Origin: Gracilinanus agilis
Lineage: Eukaryota
Assembly (NCBI RefSeq): GCF_016433145.1
Contig: NC_058132.1
Span: 85,070,210 to 85,134,209, forward strand
Direction of reading: 5' to 3'
DNA: 64,000 nt
Under the pieces are notes generated by a model that was given only the letters and a program-made list of their open reading frames with translations, was not told where the DNA came from and ran no database searches. Every line of letters starts with the position of its first letter. Position 1 is the first letter of the stretch. This document shows positions 41,457 to 55,625 of the stretch, in pieces. Made by a program: the position numbers and the translations under genes.

Positions 41457-44324
41457 GTAAGTTCTCCTGACTGGTATACATGCCCTTCATCTCTAACTCA
41501 TGTATTTCTGGGGCCCAAGAACAAAGGTCTTCTATGATGGTACAATCTAAATTCACATTTTCAGACTCTGTCCTCTCCAAGCCATCTTTCATATCTTTGG
41601 TAGCCCTAAAATCTTGATATACATGTTTGATTTTATAACTACATCCCTCAAAAACCTTCAAAAATTGTTTCAGATTATTTATAAAATTTATATTTTTAAA
41701 TTGCAAAGTGATGCATAAGTAAATGTCATTATTATTTAAAAGTCATTTTTATGAATTTGTGATTTCCTCAATATAGGAACTTCCCAATGAGGAACATCTG
41801 CTACCAATGTAGTTCAGTACCTTCTCCATAATTCATTGTCTTCATCTTTTTCCTTGGGTTAATGAAAGGCTGATTAATTCGTCTGGTAATATACCTGTTG
41901 TAGTATGGTCTCAATCCAAAAGCATAATTTGAACCTACATCTTCTTGATACTAGATCCAGTTCTTTAATCACTGCCAGTTTCCTCTGATTTTGAAGAGCA
42001 GGCTTGGCTTGGGCACCTCTTTGAATATTTACAATATTTCTTAATTTCCAGAAAGTTTTGGTCTCACATTAAATCAGTGGTAAAATACTCTCTTTTGGGA
42101 AGCTGGTGGGACATTTCTTAGCCTGATGATGTTGTTTCTGTAGTATTTATTTCTCAACCATTCCCTCACCATTTCTACTGTTAACACCCTAGTTCAGACT
42201 CTTTCTGCTATTAATAACCTCCTAACCTATCTCCCACATATACTTGCTGCTAAGTTGATTTCCCTAATGCACTCTTCTACTGTGTCAATTCCTTGTTCAA
42301 ATTAAGACTAGATTCTTCAGTAGGATATTAAAAGTAGTATAAAATCTAGCTCTTTCTTGACTTAATTCACATAACTATATCTTTATTTGCTGTACAATGC
42401 TGTCAAAATAAATAAGTGAACAAAATATTTATTTACTATGTACAAAGTACTGTGCTAAATGATAAGATTGCAAATAGAAAAGTAAAATATCCCTTTTTCC
42501 TTCAAGGAGTTCAAGTTCTGGTAGGAACAACACATTGCTTAACCTCCTATGTGGCACATTGGGGATTGAGAATATTGCTGAGTTTGCAGCAGCCAAAGGG
42601 TTACAAACACATTAAGAAGGGAGCAGCATCTCTCCTCACTATAATTAAATCTTCCCAGAAATAAAAAAAAATTGTCTCCTCTTTGTCATTTTCACTAAAA
42701 AAAATATCATTTCCTAATTTTGAACCATTGGACAGTACCAAGGACTTTGTTGACAGGAATTTTCTTTTCTTTTCTAGGTTTTCAATAGATAAGGCTATTA
42801 TAGCACCTTAAGGAGAATTTGCATCTCCATAGGTGTTACCTCTCAGAATTATGGCTAAGGATACTGTTCTGGAAATACTGCTATTCTCTAGGCTTCTGGG
42901 CTTGGGGTATTTGTCTTTCTCCATCAGGTTCTGAGGAGAGATAGTGGTTAAGGTGTCAGTAGTGACTTGACTTACCTAGCATTGCCCTCAGAGTGCTTTA
43001 ATGTTTTGGCCATTGACTGTCAGTTGGTAGGAAAGGCTGATCTCTTCTGTGTAGGTGCTACCTCCTTGAATTATAGCTGTGAGGGCTTGGCTGGAAGCAA
43101 GATGGAATATTCTAGGGGGTGATACTGCTCCCCAGTACCAGGTGCTATTGATGGTAATGAGAAAAGAAAGCCTCTTTTCTACAATGATTTCTCTCTATAA
43201 TGATGCCTATAAATGTGAACTAGAATGAATTTTCTGACCACAAAATACATTCCATGTTTTCTTGTCCCTATATTTTTGTTTACTTTTTTTTATTATACTT
43301 GGTTTGCTAACCCCAAACATCATCTCCTCATTTTGATTTCTTACTCATGTTTCAAGACTCTGGAAATATCATAATTTCTCTGAGATCTCTTCTCATCTCC
43401 CTACTACAATTGACATTTCCAGAATGATCTTCTAGCATATTATATTCTAATTTATGTGGCAATTATCTCTATGCTTATTTTATATCCCTACTAGATTGTA
43501 AATTCCATGAGAATTGGTATCAAGGTTAATTTAGTCAAGTTCAATTCTCTGTGTTACCATCAATAAATAGGAGGATCTCAGGATATCTAATTGTATACAC
43601 CCTTCCATCTGAACTCCACCCTGGACAGCCTCCATAGCAGTGGTAACTCTTTTTCACAAGCATGCATCTCCCTGTTTTATATCTTTCTTGATTTTCTTAA
43701 TTGGATGATCATTGAACAAAGTCATTTCAGTTGACAACATAGTGATTACATTCAAGCCCCAGAATACCCCCAGAATATCCCAAAAGAAACATATTTATTC
43801 AAGAGAATTTGGAGTAATAATCCACTCAAAGGAAAAAATGTAGATGAAGAATGCCTATTGTACAGATTGTAATATGGATATATAGCTCATAGAAGAAATC
43901 GTTTAAGATATATTTTTTGGATAGACTGTGCAGATGAGCAGTGAACTTAACCCAGAGAAAGGAAATAGAAGGAAGAATGGAAGAGTGATTGCCTTTAGAA
44001 AGTCATGCCTTATTTTCAGTAATTCTAAATGTTCCATAAAACAAAAACCCATTTAAAAAAAATATCCATGTTTTCCTGGTGATGCTATAATGACTGCAAA
44101 CCATTTAATACTACAATCACCAAAGAAACCAAATTATGCACTACCCAAATGACAATGAAGAAATATATGCTGATTGTAAATAGAGCTTAGCATGTTACTG
44201 GTGATTGAAAGCCTAAAATGTCTGACTAGAAAAGGAGGGGAGGGTTAATCAGTAAGCACAAATGATAACAGATGACAACTCAGGCTGCACTAGTAATCTT
44301 AAAGGAAAACTGAAAAGGTATTTT

Positions 44325-47300
44325 GGGAAGATGGCAGAGTAGAGCATGAGACTCCCTCACTCTCAGAATCCCCTCACAAACAGTCAAAAATAATTCCATG
44401 GAATCAGTTGCTAAAAGTGTCCAAAACAGATGAGTCAGGAATGAAGCTAAGAAACCAAGGGCAACTGGTAGGAGAAGGTCTCTGACTTTCCTAGTCTTAA
44501 TCTCACTAGAGAGAGCAAATACCCTGGAGCAAACACTCTAGAATCCACAAATGGAAAGCCCTGGGGGCAGGATAGGCAGCCACACTTTTTCTGCTATACC
44601 TAGAAGCTTATATCCAGTGATGAATGCCAGTGGAGTTAACAGGTAGGAAGTCCTGAGAGCAGCTGTGTGAGCTGTAGCCTTGTCTCTAGTTATATCCACT
44701 AACCCTCATCTGGGAGTCCACCACTCACCCCAAGCCATAAACCTGGAGGGCAGGACCTGCAACCTCAACTTGTTGGCTGGACCTGGAAGTTTATAGCTCA
44801 ATGACAGATACTGATGGAGTCAGTAGGCAATAAACCCTGTGGTTATGTGGGCTGCAACCTAGGCCCTAGAGATTCTCAATTTCCCATATCTGGGTGTTAA
44901 CCACTGACCAGAAGAGGACTTCACAGGCTGTGTACACTGGTCAGATGCTTTTTCCCAGGCTGCAGCTTTAGGAAATGAAGAATGAGGAAGGAGCACACAC
45001 TGGCAAGTGTAGCTGCTAAGGGGGTGGGGCCCTATCAGAAGTGGTTACTCCTAGAGAGTGGAGTCCCTAGCTGCCATCACAGTGGTGAGATGAGCTGTCT
45101 GCTTGCAGAACTTCCAGAAGGCACTGGTTGGAGCATCTGAGATCAATCAGAGACTTGGTTTTGAGCTGCAGGAACCAGGGACTACACTTGACCCTAGATT
45201 GTGGAAAGTGGAACAACCAAATAGGGCCCAAGAAATAACAGAATAAAAAAAACCTGAAACTTGAGACATCATCCCCCATACCCTTGGGAATAGAACCTGA
45301 CTCCAATAATTAAGCCTTTTGTCCTGGCCACTATTTTTTTTTAATGAGTAAACAAAGGAGAAACAATCATAACTATTGGTAGCTGTTATAAGGGACAGAG
45401 AATACCTGAGTTCAAAGTCAGAGGACAGTAAAGTAAATACACCTGCTTCTAAAACAATACAGAGAATGTGAAAATGGTCACAAGCTCAAAAAGAGCCTTT
45501 GAAAGAATTTTTAAAATGAGAGAGATTGAGGGAAAATTAAAAAAAAATAAGAGCAATGCAAAAAAATCAAGAAAATTACAAAAGAAAGATCACCCAAATG
45601 GACAAAGAGATCCAGAAACTCACAGAAGAAAATAACTTATTAAAATTAGAATTGAACAGAGCAAAGCTAATGAGTTTTGAAAGCAACAAGAAATGACAGC
45701 AAAATTAAAAGAATGAAATAACAAAAGAATATTATAAAATCTTAGAAGAAAATGTATGTTTTGTAATCTATAATGTAAAGTTTAAATTCTTTTGAGAATA
45801 ATTTCAGGATAAGGACCTTGCCATCTCCCCAGAATCCAGACGACGAACTTGTTTGGTGAGGACACATGAAGACGTCTGAAAAGCCTTCACTGTACCATGA
45901 AGACCAAAAATTGAACTTTGGGGTGCAGTTGATTGAACTATGGGGAGTTGAAATTGAGTTGTATGTATTGTTTTAAATTGTACACTGTTGTGCCAGTGGG
46001 GGACAGCCCCCCAAATTGTTTTTTTTTTGTCAATGCGTCTAATTTTAACCATTTATTCATCTATTTCTTTATCCCCAAATTCCTGAAAAATTTAGAAGTT
46101 GTCTATTTTTACAGGTCCAGCGAAGAAAAAAGGACTAACCTTTTTTTTTGCCGGACCTCACGGGGAATTGGTCGCCAAATTGTAAATATTAAAAATGATA
46201 GATGCTTTTATAAATATATAAATTAGTATTTTAATTAAAGCCATGTTGATAGATAAAATCATTAGACCACGCGCTTGTAAGCATTCAAAACTGCCGCCGC
46301 CTCCATTCTGTCTCCTGTTTCCTGGAAGCGCCTACTCGCAAAAGAGACCACTCCCTCCTAACCCACGAGATTTAAGCTCTCCCCTGCGGAGACGGAAATC
46401 AGTTGGACCATGTTGGATCACGGGAAATGTAGTTTTATACATTTCCCAAATCTCACTTTTTACAATATGAAATATTATAAAAACAACTGACCCGGAAAAT
46501 AGATCAAGAAATGACAATATAAGAATTGTCAGACTTCCAAAAAGTTATTTAAAAAAAGAATTTAGACACCATATTCTAAGAAAACATTTAAGAAAATTAC
46601 CCAGGATTTCTACAATTAGAGAACAAAATAGAAATTGTAAGAATTCACCAATCACCTCTGCAAAAAATACCCATGATTAAAATGTACAGGAATACCATTA
46701 CTAAGTTATATGTCTTCCAGAGTAAGGAGAAAATACTAAAAACAAGCAAGGAAAAAAAAAACCAATGTAAATACTGTGGCGCTACAGTCAGAATAACGCA
46801 AGACTTAGCAGCTTCAACATTAAAAGAATGAAGAGTATAGAACACAATATTTCAAAGAACAAAGAAACTGAGTTATATACCTGGAACAACATACCTAGCA
46901 AAGCATAACATAATTATAAAAGAAAAAATTGGGGTATTTAATAAACTATAGTACTTTCAATTATTATTGGAAAAAAGCCCAGAACTCAAGAGAAAATTTG
47001 ATCTATAAAAATCATAAGGTAAACATTAAAGTCCAATTATAAAGGACCCAACAAAGTCAAATTGTTTATTTATATGAAAAAAATGTTATCTATAACCCTT
47101 AAGAATGACATCATTATTTGGGTAGTTCAAAAGATCAGATATAGATAGAAGATCAAGTTGAGTATAGTGGAATGAATTAAAAGTAATTTTTAAAGGGTAA
47201 GAAGAGGTAAAATAGAGCAATTAACTCATATAAAATAGGCATGAGTGGGAAAATTGTCAAAAGAAAAGGGGAGGAATACATGGGAGGTTGGTAGTATTAG

Positions 47301-48600
47301 AAATCTATTCTCATTGGATCTGGGTTAAAGAGAAAACAGCATATACAAATAGAAGGGCAAAAATCTTCTTAACATACAGAGAAATAGGAGAGGGAGTGGT
47401 TAGGATAAGGGAGGAGTAAGAAGGTCTTAAGTGAATCCTGTAAAAAAGATTAAGAGAAAAGAGGGTAAGGAAAATAGAAAAGGAAGGAATACCCAGAAAG
47501 GAATACATATCAAGAAATGGGAAGGTAAGGTGAATGGATAAGGGAACTCAGGAGAAGATAAGGGAGAATTTTTTAGAATTAGATTCATAGCAAAAAATAG
47601 AAAGGTAGGATTGGGGGAAATAAGGAAGGGACTTTTGGAAAAGGAGATAGAATAAGAACTAGAAACTAAGGTGGGAAGGGACAAGGGAGGGACTTTTTGA
47701 AGTGTGGGTTAATTTGAAAGTAGAATGGCAAAGGGAGAGCATAAAGCAAGGGTTCTAAGAAGAGGTATAAATTAAACAGGTAATGGAGAAAAGAAATTGG
47801 ATGTCTGAGGAAGGATAGGACAAAAAGAGAGGAAGAGAAGGACAATGAGAAAAAAATAGAATGGAGGAAAATATACAACTAGTAATTATAATGTTCAATG
47901 TGAATGGGATAAAAATCACCCATAAAATGAAAACAGATAGCAGGAAGCATAACAAAGACCGCACTTAAAAATGAGAGACAGAATAATATTAAAGGGCTGG
48001 AGCAGAATTTACGAGGCTTTAGGTGAAACAAGGAAAGCAGGAATAGTATTCTTAATCTCTGACAAAGTTAAAGCTAAACTATTTATAATCAAAGAGATAA
48101 ATAGGGAAATTATATTCTGTTAAAGGATATAGATAATGAAGCATTATCAATAATAAAGCATTATCAATATTAAATCTATATGCACCAAATGTTACAGTAT
48201 CCAAATTTTTAAGGGAAAACTAAATGAGTTACAGATGGAACTAGATAACAAAACAATAATAGTGGGGGAATTCAGTTTTCTTCTCTCAGAACTAGATAAA
48301 TCTAACTAAAAAGTAAGTAGACTAAGAAAGAAGTCTAAAATAATAGAATCTTAGTTGAGTTAAATATGATAGATATCTGGAGAGAATTTATTGGGAACAG
48401 AAAGGAATATCTTTTCTCAGTGTTATATGGTACCTTTACAAAAACTGGTCATATATATTAGGGCAGAAAACATTATACTTAAATGTAGAAAAGCAGAAAT
48501 ATTAAATGGCTCATTTTCATATCATAATGCAATAAAAAATTTAAATAATGAGGGATCATGGAAACAAAGTAAAAATTAATTGGAGACTAATTAATTTAAT
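44325..48600 (+). mobile_element. Old L1 5' portion: 5' UTR, ORF1 and ORF2 endonuclease; interrupted at 45753-46464
   Basis: gggaagatggcagagtag start. ORF1 text (aaaacaactgacccggaaaatagatcaag, KTTD.ENRSR) and endonuclease text from about 47880 (aatgtgaatggg...; aatctatatgcaccaaat; gtgggggaattcag). Confidence 0.8.
45753..46464. mobile_element. Composite ERV piece in L1 ORF1: module, hairpin and PPT on + (45753-46170) fused to a PBS stub and an LTR core on - (46169-46464)
   Basis: The left part is homologous to 22864-23299 and 4560-4698. The right part is a TG...TTACA LTR on the minus strand followed by att TGGCGACCA. Confidence 0.75.
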
Positions 48601-48639
48601 GTCATGTGTAGGAAAGTTCCCAATATGTTTTATGGACTC

Positions 48640-49020
48640 TTATAGAAAGACCAGGTTAAGTGTAACTGACAGGACAGGACTCAAGCCTGTTGATGAGTTA
48701 GGGATGTGTCTAACTGAAGCATGTAAAGACTTCCCTTTGGTGGAATAGGTGGATGAGAATAGTTTGTTCCAATGGCCATGGAAGCAACTGAAGGAGGCAC
48801 TGTGGGGTTTACTGTTTGATTAGATATTGAAGATGCCAACGTCAGGACTTCCACTACATCCCAGGCCATCAGCAGTTGTCCTGATTTTTTCTTGATTTTG
48901 GAAGAAAGAGAGAAACTGAAGACCGTGTAAATTTGCCTCACTTAAATCAAATTCATTCACAAGTCAAGACATCACCCCATAATGTTATTGCTTCTCTTCA
49001 AAAAATTAAGGATAAACAAC
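48640..49020 (+). mobile_element. Marsupial RTE-mobilised SINE-like remnant
   Basis: 3' end caagtcaagacatcacccc...tctcttcaaaaaattaaggataaacaac. Family assigned by recollection. Confidence 0.5.
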
Positions 49021-49339
49021 AGTAGAAGGATTTGGAGAAAAGTTATTTGATATGAGAAGTGTTGTGATGTGTACCCTGTGAAAGAGAATTCTTTACTCTA
49101 TTGTCTATCTTGAGTTAGCACTAACTTAAGTACCCCTACTTAGTACCTCACTAGACTGAAGACAGGATTAACTCTCCTTTGTCTACTTTTAAATTGAATC
49201 AACAAAAAATTGAACACCCTACTTAGTACTAGGTGAGATTTAGAAAATTCATACCCTTGGCTGTGAATCCCTTTGATGAGAACTTAACCTTCAGAAGGTG
49301 AAATTTAGAAAATTAAGCACTGATAACTCTTTGTAGAGT

Positions 49340-49535
49340 TAATTACCTTATTTTTATACCTTTATCTTCTGTCTTAGAATCAATATCAAGTATTGATATT
49401 GATTCTAAGGCAGAAGAGTAGTAGTAAGGGCTAGGCCAGTGAAGTCAGAGTCACACAGTGTCTGAGACCAGATTTGAACCCAAGATCTCCCATCTCCAGG
49501 TCTGATTCTCTATCCACTAAGCCACATAGCTTCCC
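49340..49535 (-). mobile_element. Older SINE1-type copy
   Basis: ctaaggcagaagagtagtagtaagggctaggc...tctgagaccagatttgaaccc. Confidence 0.75.
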
Positions 49536-51012
49536 CTGTTAGCTTTTAGAAACAAATTAGTACCATAGGGCTATATTTAACATAAAATATCTCTAACATC
49601 ACACTTTCCCACACTTCATATAGAGTCTAGGAGAAAGTGGGCTTAGTGTATACATGTGGTGAAGGGTTTAATTCATAGCTACTGGAATACTTTTTCTTGG
49701 TTTATCTTCAAATGGTCCTCTTAGATAAGATATAATTTTTCTTCTAGACTTCCTATAGAGCCTTAATTATATCTTTTCTCATTGTGTTCAGTCTATCCTT
49801 GGCTCTCAGTTCAGTTACTGCTGCTTACCACAGCTATTTGGGATACTTTAGGGTGCTGATGAAAAACCCAAATCTTCCTAAGCCCTCTGGTCCTGTGCAG
49901 TTTACATTGTCTTCCTCTGGCCAGAAGATGGTCAAGCAAGGTGAAGTTCTTATTGAGAACTGACTTGAAAGGTTTTTCTAGACATACACCTGGTTTTGCA
50001 CATGTCCTACAGAGTGTGATAAGCCACCCAACCAATCAAGACTAGGCAATATCTGCTTTCTTTTATTGAATCCAAGTTAATGGAACCTCTATACTTTAGT
50101 AGTTTTCTATTAAAAAAAAAAACAAAATTAGTTTTTCTCTACTTTGGATCCATAGCCCTCAGTACAAAATGAAAAGCTCTCTTATTCCTAGTATTTGTTC
50201 ATTCAGCCAATCAAAAGACATTTATTAAGAAGCCACTACATACAGGACCCATTATATCCAGTGGCTTTCAAAGATATCTAAATTGATGACTTTTCATACT
50301 TAGAAGTCTATGATTGATTGATTCAATGAACTGTTGAGATGTGTTCTCATCCTCATTAAGGTATCTTGTCATCTACTTTAAATGAGGGATGGTAATTGTC
50401 TGGGCTGACCTCTCCCACTCCCTCTCCTTATATATGCTTTCTGAATACACAGACTTGATAACTGTCTTCAAGTATCCAAAGATCTGTCATATGGGAAGGA
50501 AATGACACTTTTTCTGTTTGACCCTAGAGGGACCAGTGGAAAATATAAATGCAATATTCGAAGTTAAGGGGAGGAGTATAGATTTTGGCTTAATATAGAA
50601 AAAAAATTCCCAACAATTCCAGCTGTCCCAAAGTTGGATGATTATTATCCCTCAGGAGTAATAAGCTCCCTCTTACTAAAGGTTTTCTGCAAGATGTTGA
50701 ATAGCCCTTTGTCAGCAATGTTGTAGATAAGATTACTATTTTGAGTAGAGGTTAGACAGAATGAATCTTGAAATCACTTCCAAGTATTCAACCTGTAGTT
50801 TAGAGCACAGTTTACGGTAGTTTTGTTTGTTGACCTGCTAACTGACTCAATTTAAAAAACTAGAAATAGGAAAGAGTTGACTGTTTTATACTGAGGAACA
50901 TGGATCACAATGCCCATTGTGAAAAGGGATAAAAGAAAAGGGAGTGGGCAGTGTCAGAGAGATAAAGACTTAAATAAAAGATACTCACCCCAATGGGGGA
51001 TAGGGGAGAGAA

Positions 51013-51165
51013 NNNNNNNNNNNNNNNNNNNNNNNNNNNNNNNNNNNNNNNNNNNNNNNNNNNNNNNNNNNNNNNNNNNNNNNNNNNNNNNNNNNNNNNN
51101 NNNNNNNNNNNNNNNNNNNNNNNNNNNNNNNNNNNNNNNNNNNNNNNNNNNNNNNNNNNNNNNNN
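51013..51165. other. Assembly gap (153 N)
   Basis: Run of n. Confidence 1.
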
Positions 51166-53719
51166 AGAAGCATTGCCATCTTGTGGCCTTTTAGGAAGTT
51201 ACTATTATATAATTCATGAGTGAAGACCAAGGACACTTTCGGTTATAAAATTTTTTGATTTTTTTTTTGGGGGGGGCAACCCAGCGAGGAGTAGCAGCAT
51301 GGTATGATGGCTACAGTACTGAAGTTGGGGTTAGGGAACCCAGCTTCAGATTGCACTCGTTAGTGGTGTCACCCTTGGTAAATCTCTTAACTTCTCAGAC
51401 CTTTAGTTTGTACAATAATGTCAGTTAGCATTTATATAGCACCTGCTATGTGCCATACCCTGTGGTAAGCTCTTCACAAATATTATTTCATTTGGTCCTC
51501 GCATCAACCTGGAAGGCAGGTTCTGATATTGTCCTCATTTTGCAGATGTTACATTTTACAACCTGAAGCAGACAGATTAAGTGACTTGCACAGGGTCACA
51601 CAGCAGCGTCTGAGGACAGATTTAAACTCCATGACCAGCATTCTTTCCACTGAATTACTAGTTGCTACCTAACCCATATGGATAATACTTTCACTACCTA
51701 TTTCATATGGTAGTTTTGAGGAAAGCACTTTGTTGTTTTAGTTATTATCGTTCAGTTGTGCCCCACTCTTCTTTGCCTCATATGGGTTTTCCAGTGGATT
51801 AAGGCAAACAGAGAGGTTAAATGACTTGGCCAGGGTTGCACAGCAAGTGAGTGTCCGAGGTGGAACTCATCTTCCTGACTCTAGGTCCAGCATTCTGTCT
51901 ACCACACCATCTAGCTGCTCCCAAGAAGGTGTTATGACCATTATATAGGATTGTCATTTGAAGGGGCACTACAAGAGACAGGCGGAAATTTATCTTATTT
52001 GGAAAGTTGCTTATATCCCAAATAATGCTTGAGGACATTCTCTGTGACTTGATTCTCCTTAGAAATTGGTATCTGCACACACCATTAGCTTCTTTAGTAA
52101 AGTCTGCAGTTAAGTGAAAATGCAGTTTGGGTACTGTTTGAGTTGCTTTTTATCCAACCAACAAATTAGGAATGTTTGAAATGGAAAGGGACAAGGAGAA
52201 AGGGTTTCCCTCGTCATTGTCACTTCAGGTACTCCAACTCCCTTAGCATTGACAGGCCATATTGTGCACTTCTTAGTTTCTAATTCCCTTCTTTCTTAGA
52301 ATAAATATTCTCCAACGTCTTCTAAACTATGACCACTACCAACTAGAAGACTCTATTCCTGTCTTGAGAAATTGTTTATTGATCTCATGGTGCAGTAGGA
52401 AGGGAGACAAAAGACCTGAGTTCTAATGTGAGTTGTGCAACTAATTTACTATGTGACACTGAATAAGTCACTTCTCTAATCTGAGCAGCCAATAAGAGTT
52501 GCTTCTGAGTTGTTTTTCTTCCTTTTCTTTGTTATATTCCTTTCTTTTCTAACCTTTTTTACATTATTTTATCCTCTCCTCTGCTTCATCAAAGTGTGAC
52601 TTTGGGGGGGGATTTATTTGTTTTATTTTTTGTTTTATTTTTTTTTCTTGATCATTTCTTTAATCCTGCTGAAGAATGCTTTACCTTCTTTGGTAGAGAA
52701 GATTAAAAAGGAAATTCTTTCCCTAGACGAGGAATTCCTAACCTAGAATCTGTGAATTCGGTTTTTATCTCCTCTCGCCCCTTAATAATGTGATTATTGT
52801 ATTTCAGGATAACTGATTTCCTTTGTAATCATAAATCCATAAAATTTTATTTTATTCATTTAAAAACACTGCAAGAAGGGAGCCATAAGTTTCATTAGAC
52901 TGCCAAAGGGGCTACAACATAAGAATCCTTTCCTGGAACTTTCACATTTTCCCAAAGAAGAGAGACCAGTTGTCTCTGAAAGAAAAATAAACATAAAACA
53001 GACCCAGCAAATCATTGAAATAATTCTCTCATTTGTTATAGTACTTGTAAAATTTTGGTGCTTTGTGACTTACCCACCATTTCCAAGTGCAAATGAACTG
53101 CTCTGATTAACTCATGATATTGTTGCAAACGTGAACTTTTATATCTGTGTCAGGGAGTAGGATTTTGTCACCTCAAAATGGTGTTATAGTGATTGCCTTG
53201 ACCTTCTTCAAGTCATTACAAAACTACCTATAAGTTGATCTTTCTAAATCTTCCAAACTCCCTGGCCACTTCTTGCCTTTTTTTCTTTTGCCACTATTCA
53301 AAAATTGGCTTCTTACCTCATCACTGGACCAGCCTGCATCAAAAGCACTTTGGAAACAATAAAGGACTTTGAATACTATAATGTACTATTATTGTTCATT
53401 ATGTATACTAATGTTCAATGAAATTCTTAAAGAATTCATAAACCCCTGAATAAATGCATGAGAGTGTTCTCATTTTGTTGTTGCTGCTTCTCATCTCTAA
53501 TTCTTTTAAGTCCCTAAAGTACATTTATTTCTCTGAATATTTAATTGTTCCTTCATCAGTAAAGAATCCCTCCGTCATGTATTCCAGTTCCTAGGTGATT
53601 GAAAACCAGTATATACTTGGTAGAAGTTACGTACCTCCTACTCTCCACAATTCAAGGACATGCCAAAGCAAGAGAAACAGGAATATCTAGGAGGGGAGAG
53701 AAGTAGTAGGAAACATGGG

Positions 53720-55015
53720 TTTATTTTTTATCTATTTTATTTTTATCCAATTACATGTAAAAACCATTTTTACATTCATTTGGAAAAAATTTGCATTCAA
53801 AATTCTCTTTCTCCTTCCCACCCTCCTTCCCTTCTCCATTCCTGAGACAGTAAGAATATAGATTTTATATGTACAATCTTATAAAATATTTTTCCATATT
53901 AGTCATTTTGAGGAATAGATCCCAAACAAGAAAAAAAAAAGAAAAAGAAGAAAGAAAAATAGAATATGTTTCAGTCTGCATTCAGATTCTATTAATTCTT
54001 TCTCAGAGGGCAGATGACATTTTTCATCATGAGTCTCTGAGATTGTCTTGGATCACTGCATTGTTGACAATAGGTCTTTCACAATTCTCCAAAAATATTG
54101 CTATCACTGTGCAGAGTGTTCTCCTGGTTCTGCTCACTTCACTTTACCTCAGTTCACATAAGTCTTTCCAGATTTTTCTGAAATCATTCTTCTTGTCATT
54201 TCTTATAGCATAATTGTATTCCTTCATACTCTATATACCATAACTTGTTTAGCCTTTCTCCAATTAATGGATGACCCTCAATTTCTAATTCTTTGCTACC
54301 ACCTAAAGAGCTACAATAAATATTTTTTATAACTATAAATAAGTCCTTTTCCTTTTTTTGAATATCTTTGGGATACAGACCTAGTAACAGTATTTCAGGA
54401 TCAAAAAGTATGGACAGTTTGGGAGTCCTTTGGACATTATTTCAAATTCCTCTCCAGAAAGGTTGGATAAGAATAAAACTCCAGTGATGTATTATTGTCC
54501 CAATTTTCCTGCATCCCCTCCAAACATTTATCATTTCCCCTTTTTGTCATATTGGCCAATCTGATTGGTGTGAGGTAGTACCTTACCATTGTTTTAATTA
54601 GAATTTTTCCAGTCAAGAGTGATTTAGATTATTTTTCCATATAATTATAGATGATTTTAATTTCTTCATCAGAAAACTGCCTATTCATATCCTTTGGCCA
54701 CTTAATAATTGGTGAATGGCTTCTATTTTTATAAATTTAACTTAGTTCTCTATATATTTGAGAAATTAGACCTTTATAAAGATACTAGCTGTAAAAAGTT
54801 TCACCAGCTTTCTGCTTTACTACTAATCTTGGTTTTGTTTACACAAAAAAAATTTAATTTAATATAATCAAAATTATCCATTTTTATATTTTATATTGCC
54901 TTCTATTTCTTGTTTGGTCCTAAATTCTTCCTTACCCATAGATTTGACAGATAAACTATTCCATGCTCCCCTAATTTGTTTACATTATCACCTTTTGTGT
55001 TCAGATTGTGTACCC
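53720..55015 (-). mobile_element. L1 3' fragment
   Basis: Reverse complement of the L1 ORF2 end and 3' UTR. Parallels 17240-18590 and 63400-64000. Confidence 0.85.
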
Positions 55016-55436
55016 AAAACATAGGTTAAAAAGATTGTCATGAATTCCAAATTCCTTATTCTGTAGTAAATATATATCTATAGTAGATACAAATCAACTA
55101 TAAAGTATTGATAATATGGTCTAGAAAATCTAGAAAGAAAACACATACACACATATCTATAATAAAATATAAAGCAAACAAAATACAGTAAAATAGAGTT
55201 AATGTTAAGATGTGATTTTCTAAGTCAAATATTTGACTTCAAGGATATTTATATATAGTTTATGGCCTCTATTTCTGTTTGAGATTAATACCACTGTCCT
55301 TAATTATTTTCAGCTGAGGAGCTCTTCCTATAATGGGAATGTATGCCAGTGTGGACTTTACATTTTTATTTTTAATTCTGGGAAGAAATTCTCATTTTCA
55401 TGGTAATACTTTAACTTCCCTGTTATTTGTTTGCAG

Positions 55437-55625
55437 TCATCAACTGTACAGACCCTGGACATCAAGAAAATAGCATCCGGCATATCCAGTCGAGTGGTCC
55501 ACACCGTTTTAGCTTTGGAGCCACTGTGTCTTATCAGTGCACCCATGGTTACTATTTACTTGGGACACATGTGCTGACTTGCCAGGGGGATGGTACATGG
55601 GATCGCTCTCTCCCCCAGTGTCTCT
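55437..55625 (+). CDS. CSMD2: CSMD2 exon (189 nt): Sushi, IINCTDPGHQENSIRHIQSSGPHRFSFGATVSYQCTHGYYLLGTHVLTCQGDGTWDRSLPQCL
   Basis: ttatttgtttgcag| acceptor and |gtaagt donor. ORF track 55427. Confidence 0.96.

Noticed and set aside
46270-46320. Minus-strand ATGGAGGCGGCGGCA with CpGs, resembling a gene start or retrocopy
   Set aside because: It stops after 14 codons and lies within a TG...CA LTR core followed by a PBS stub.
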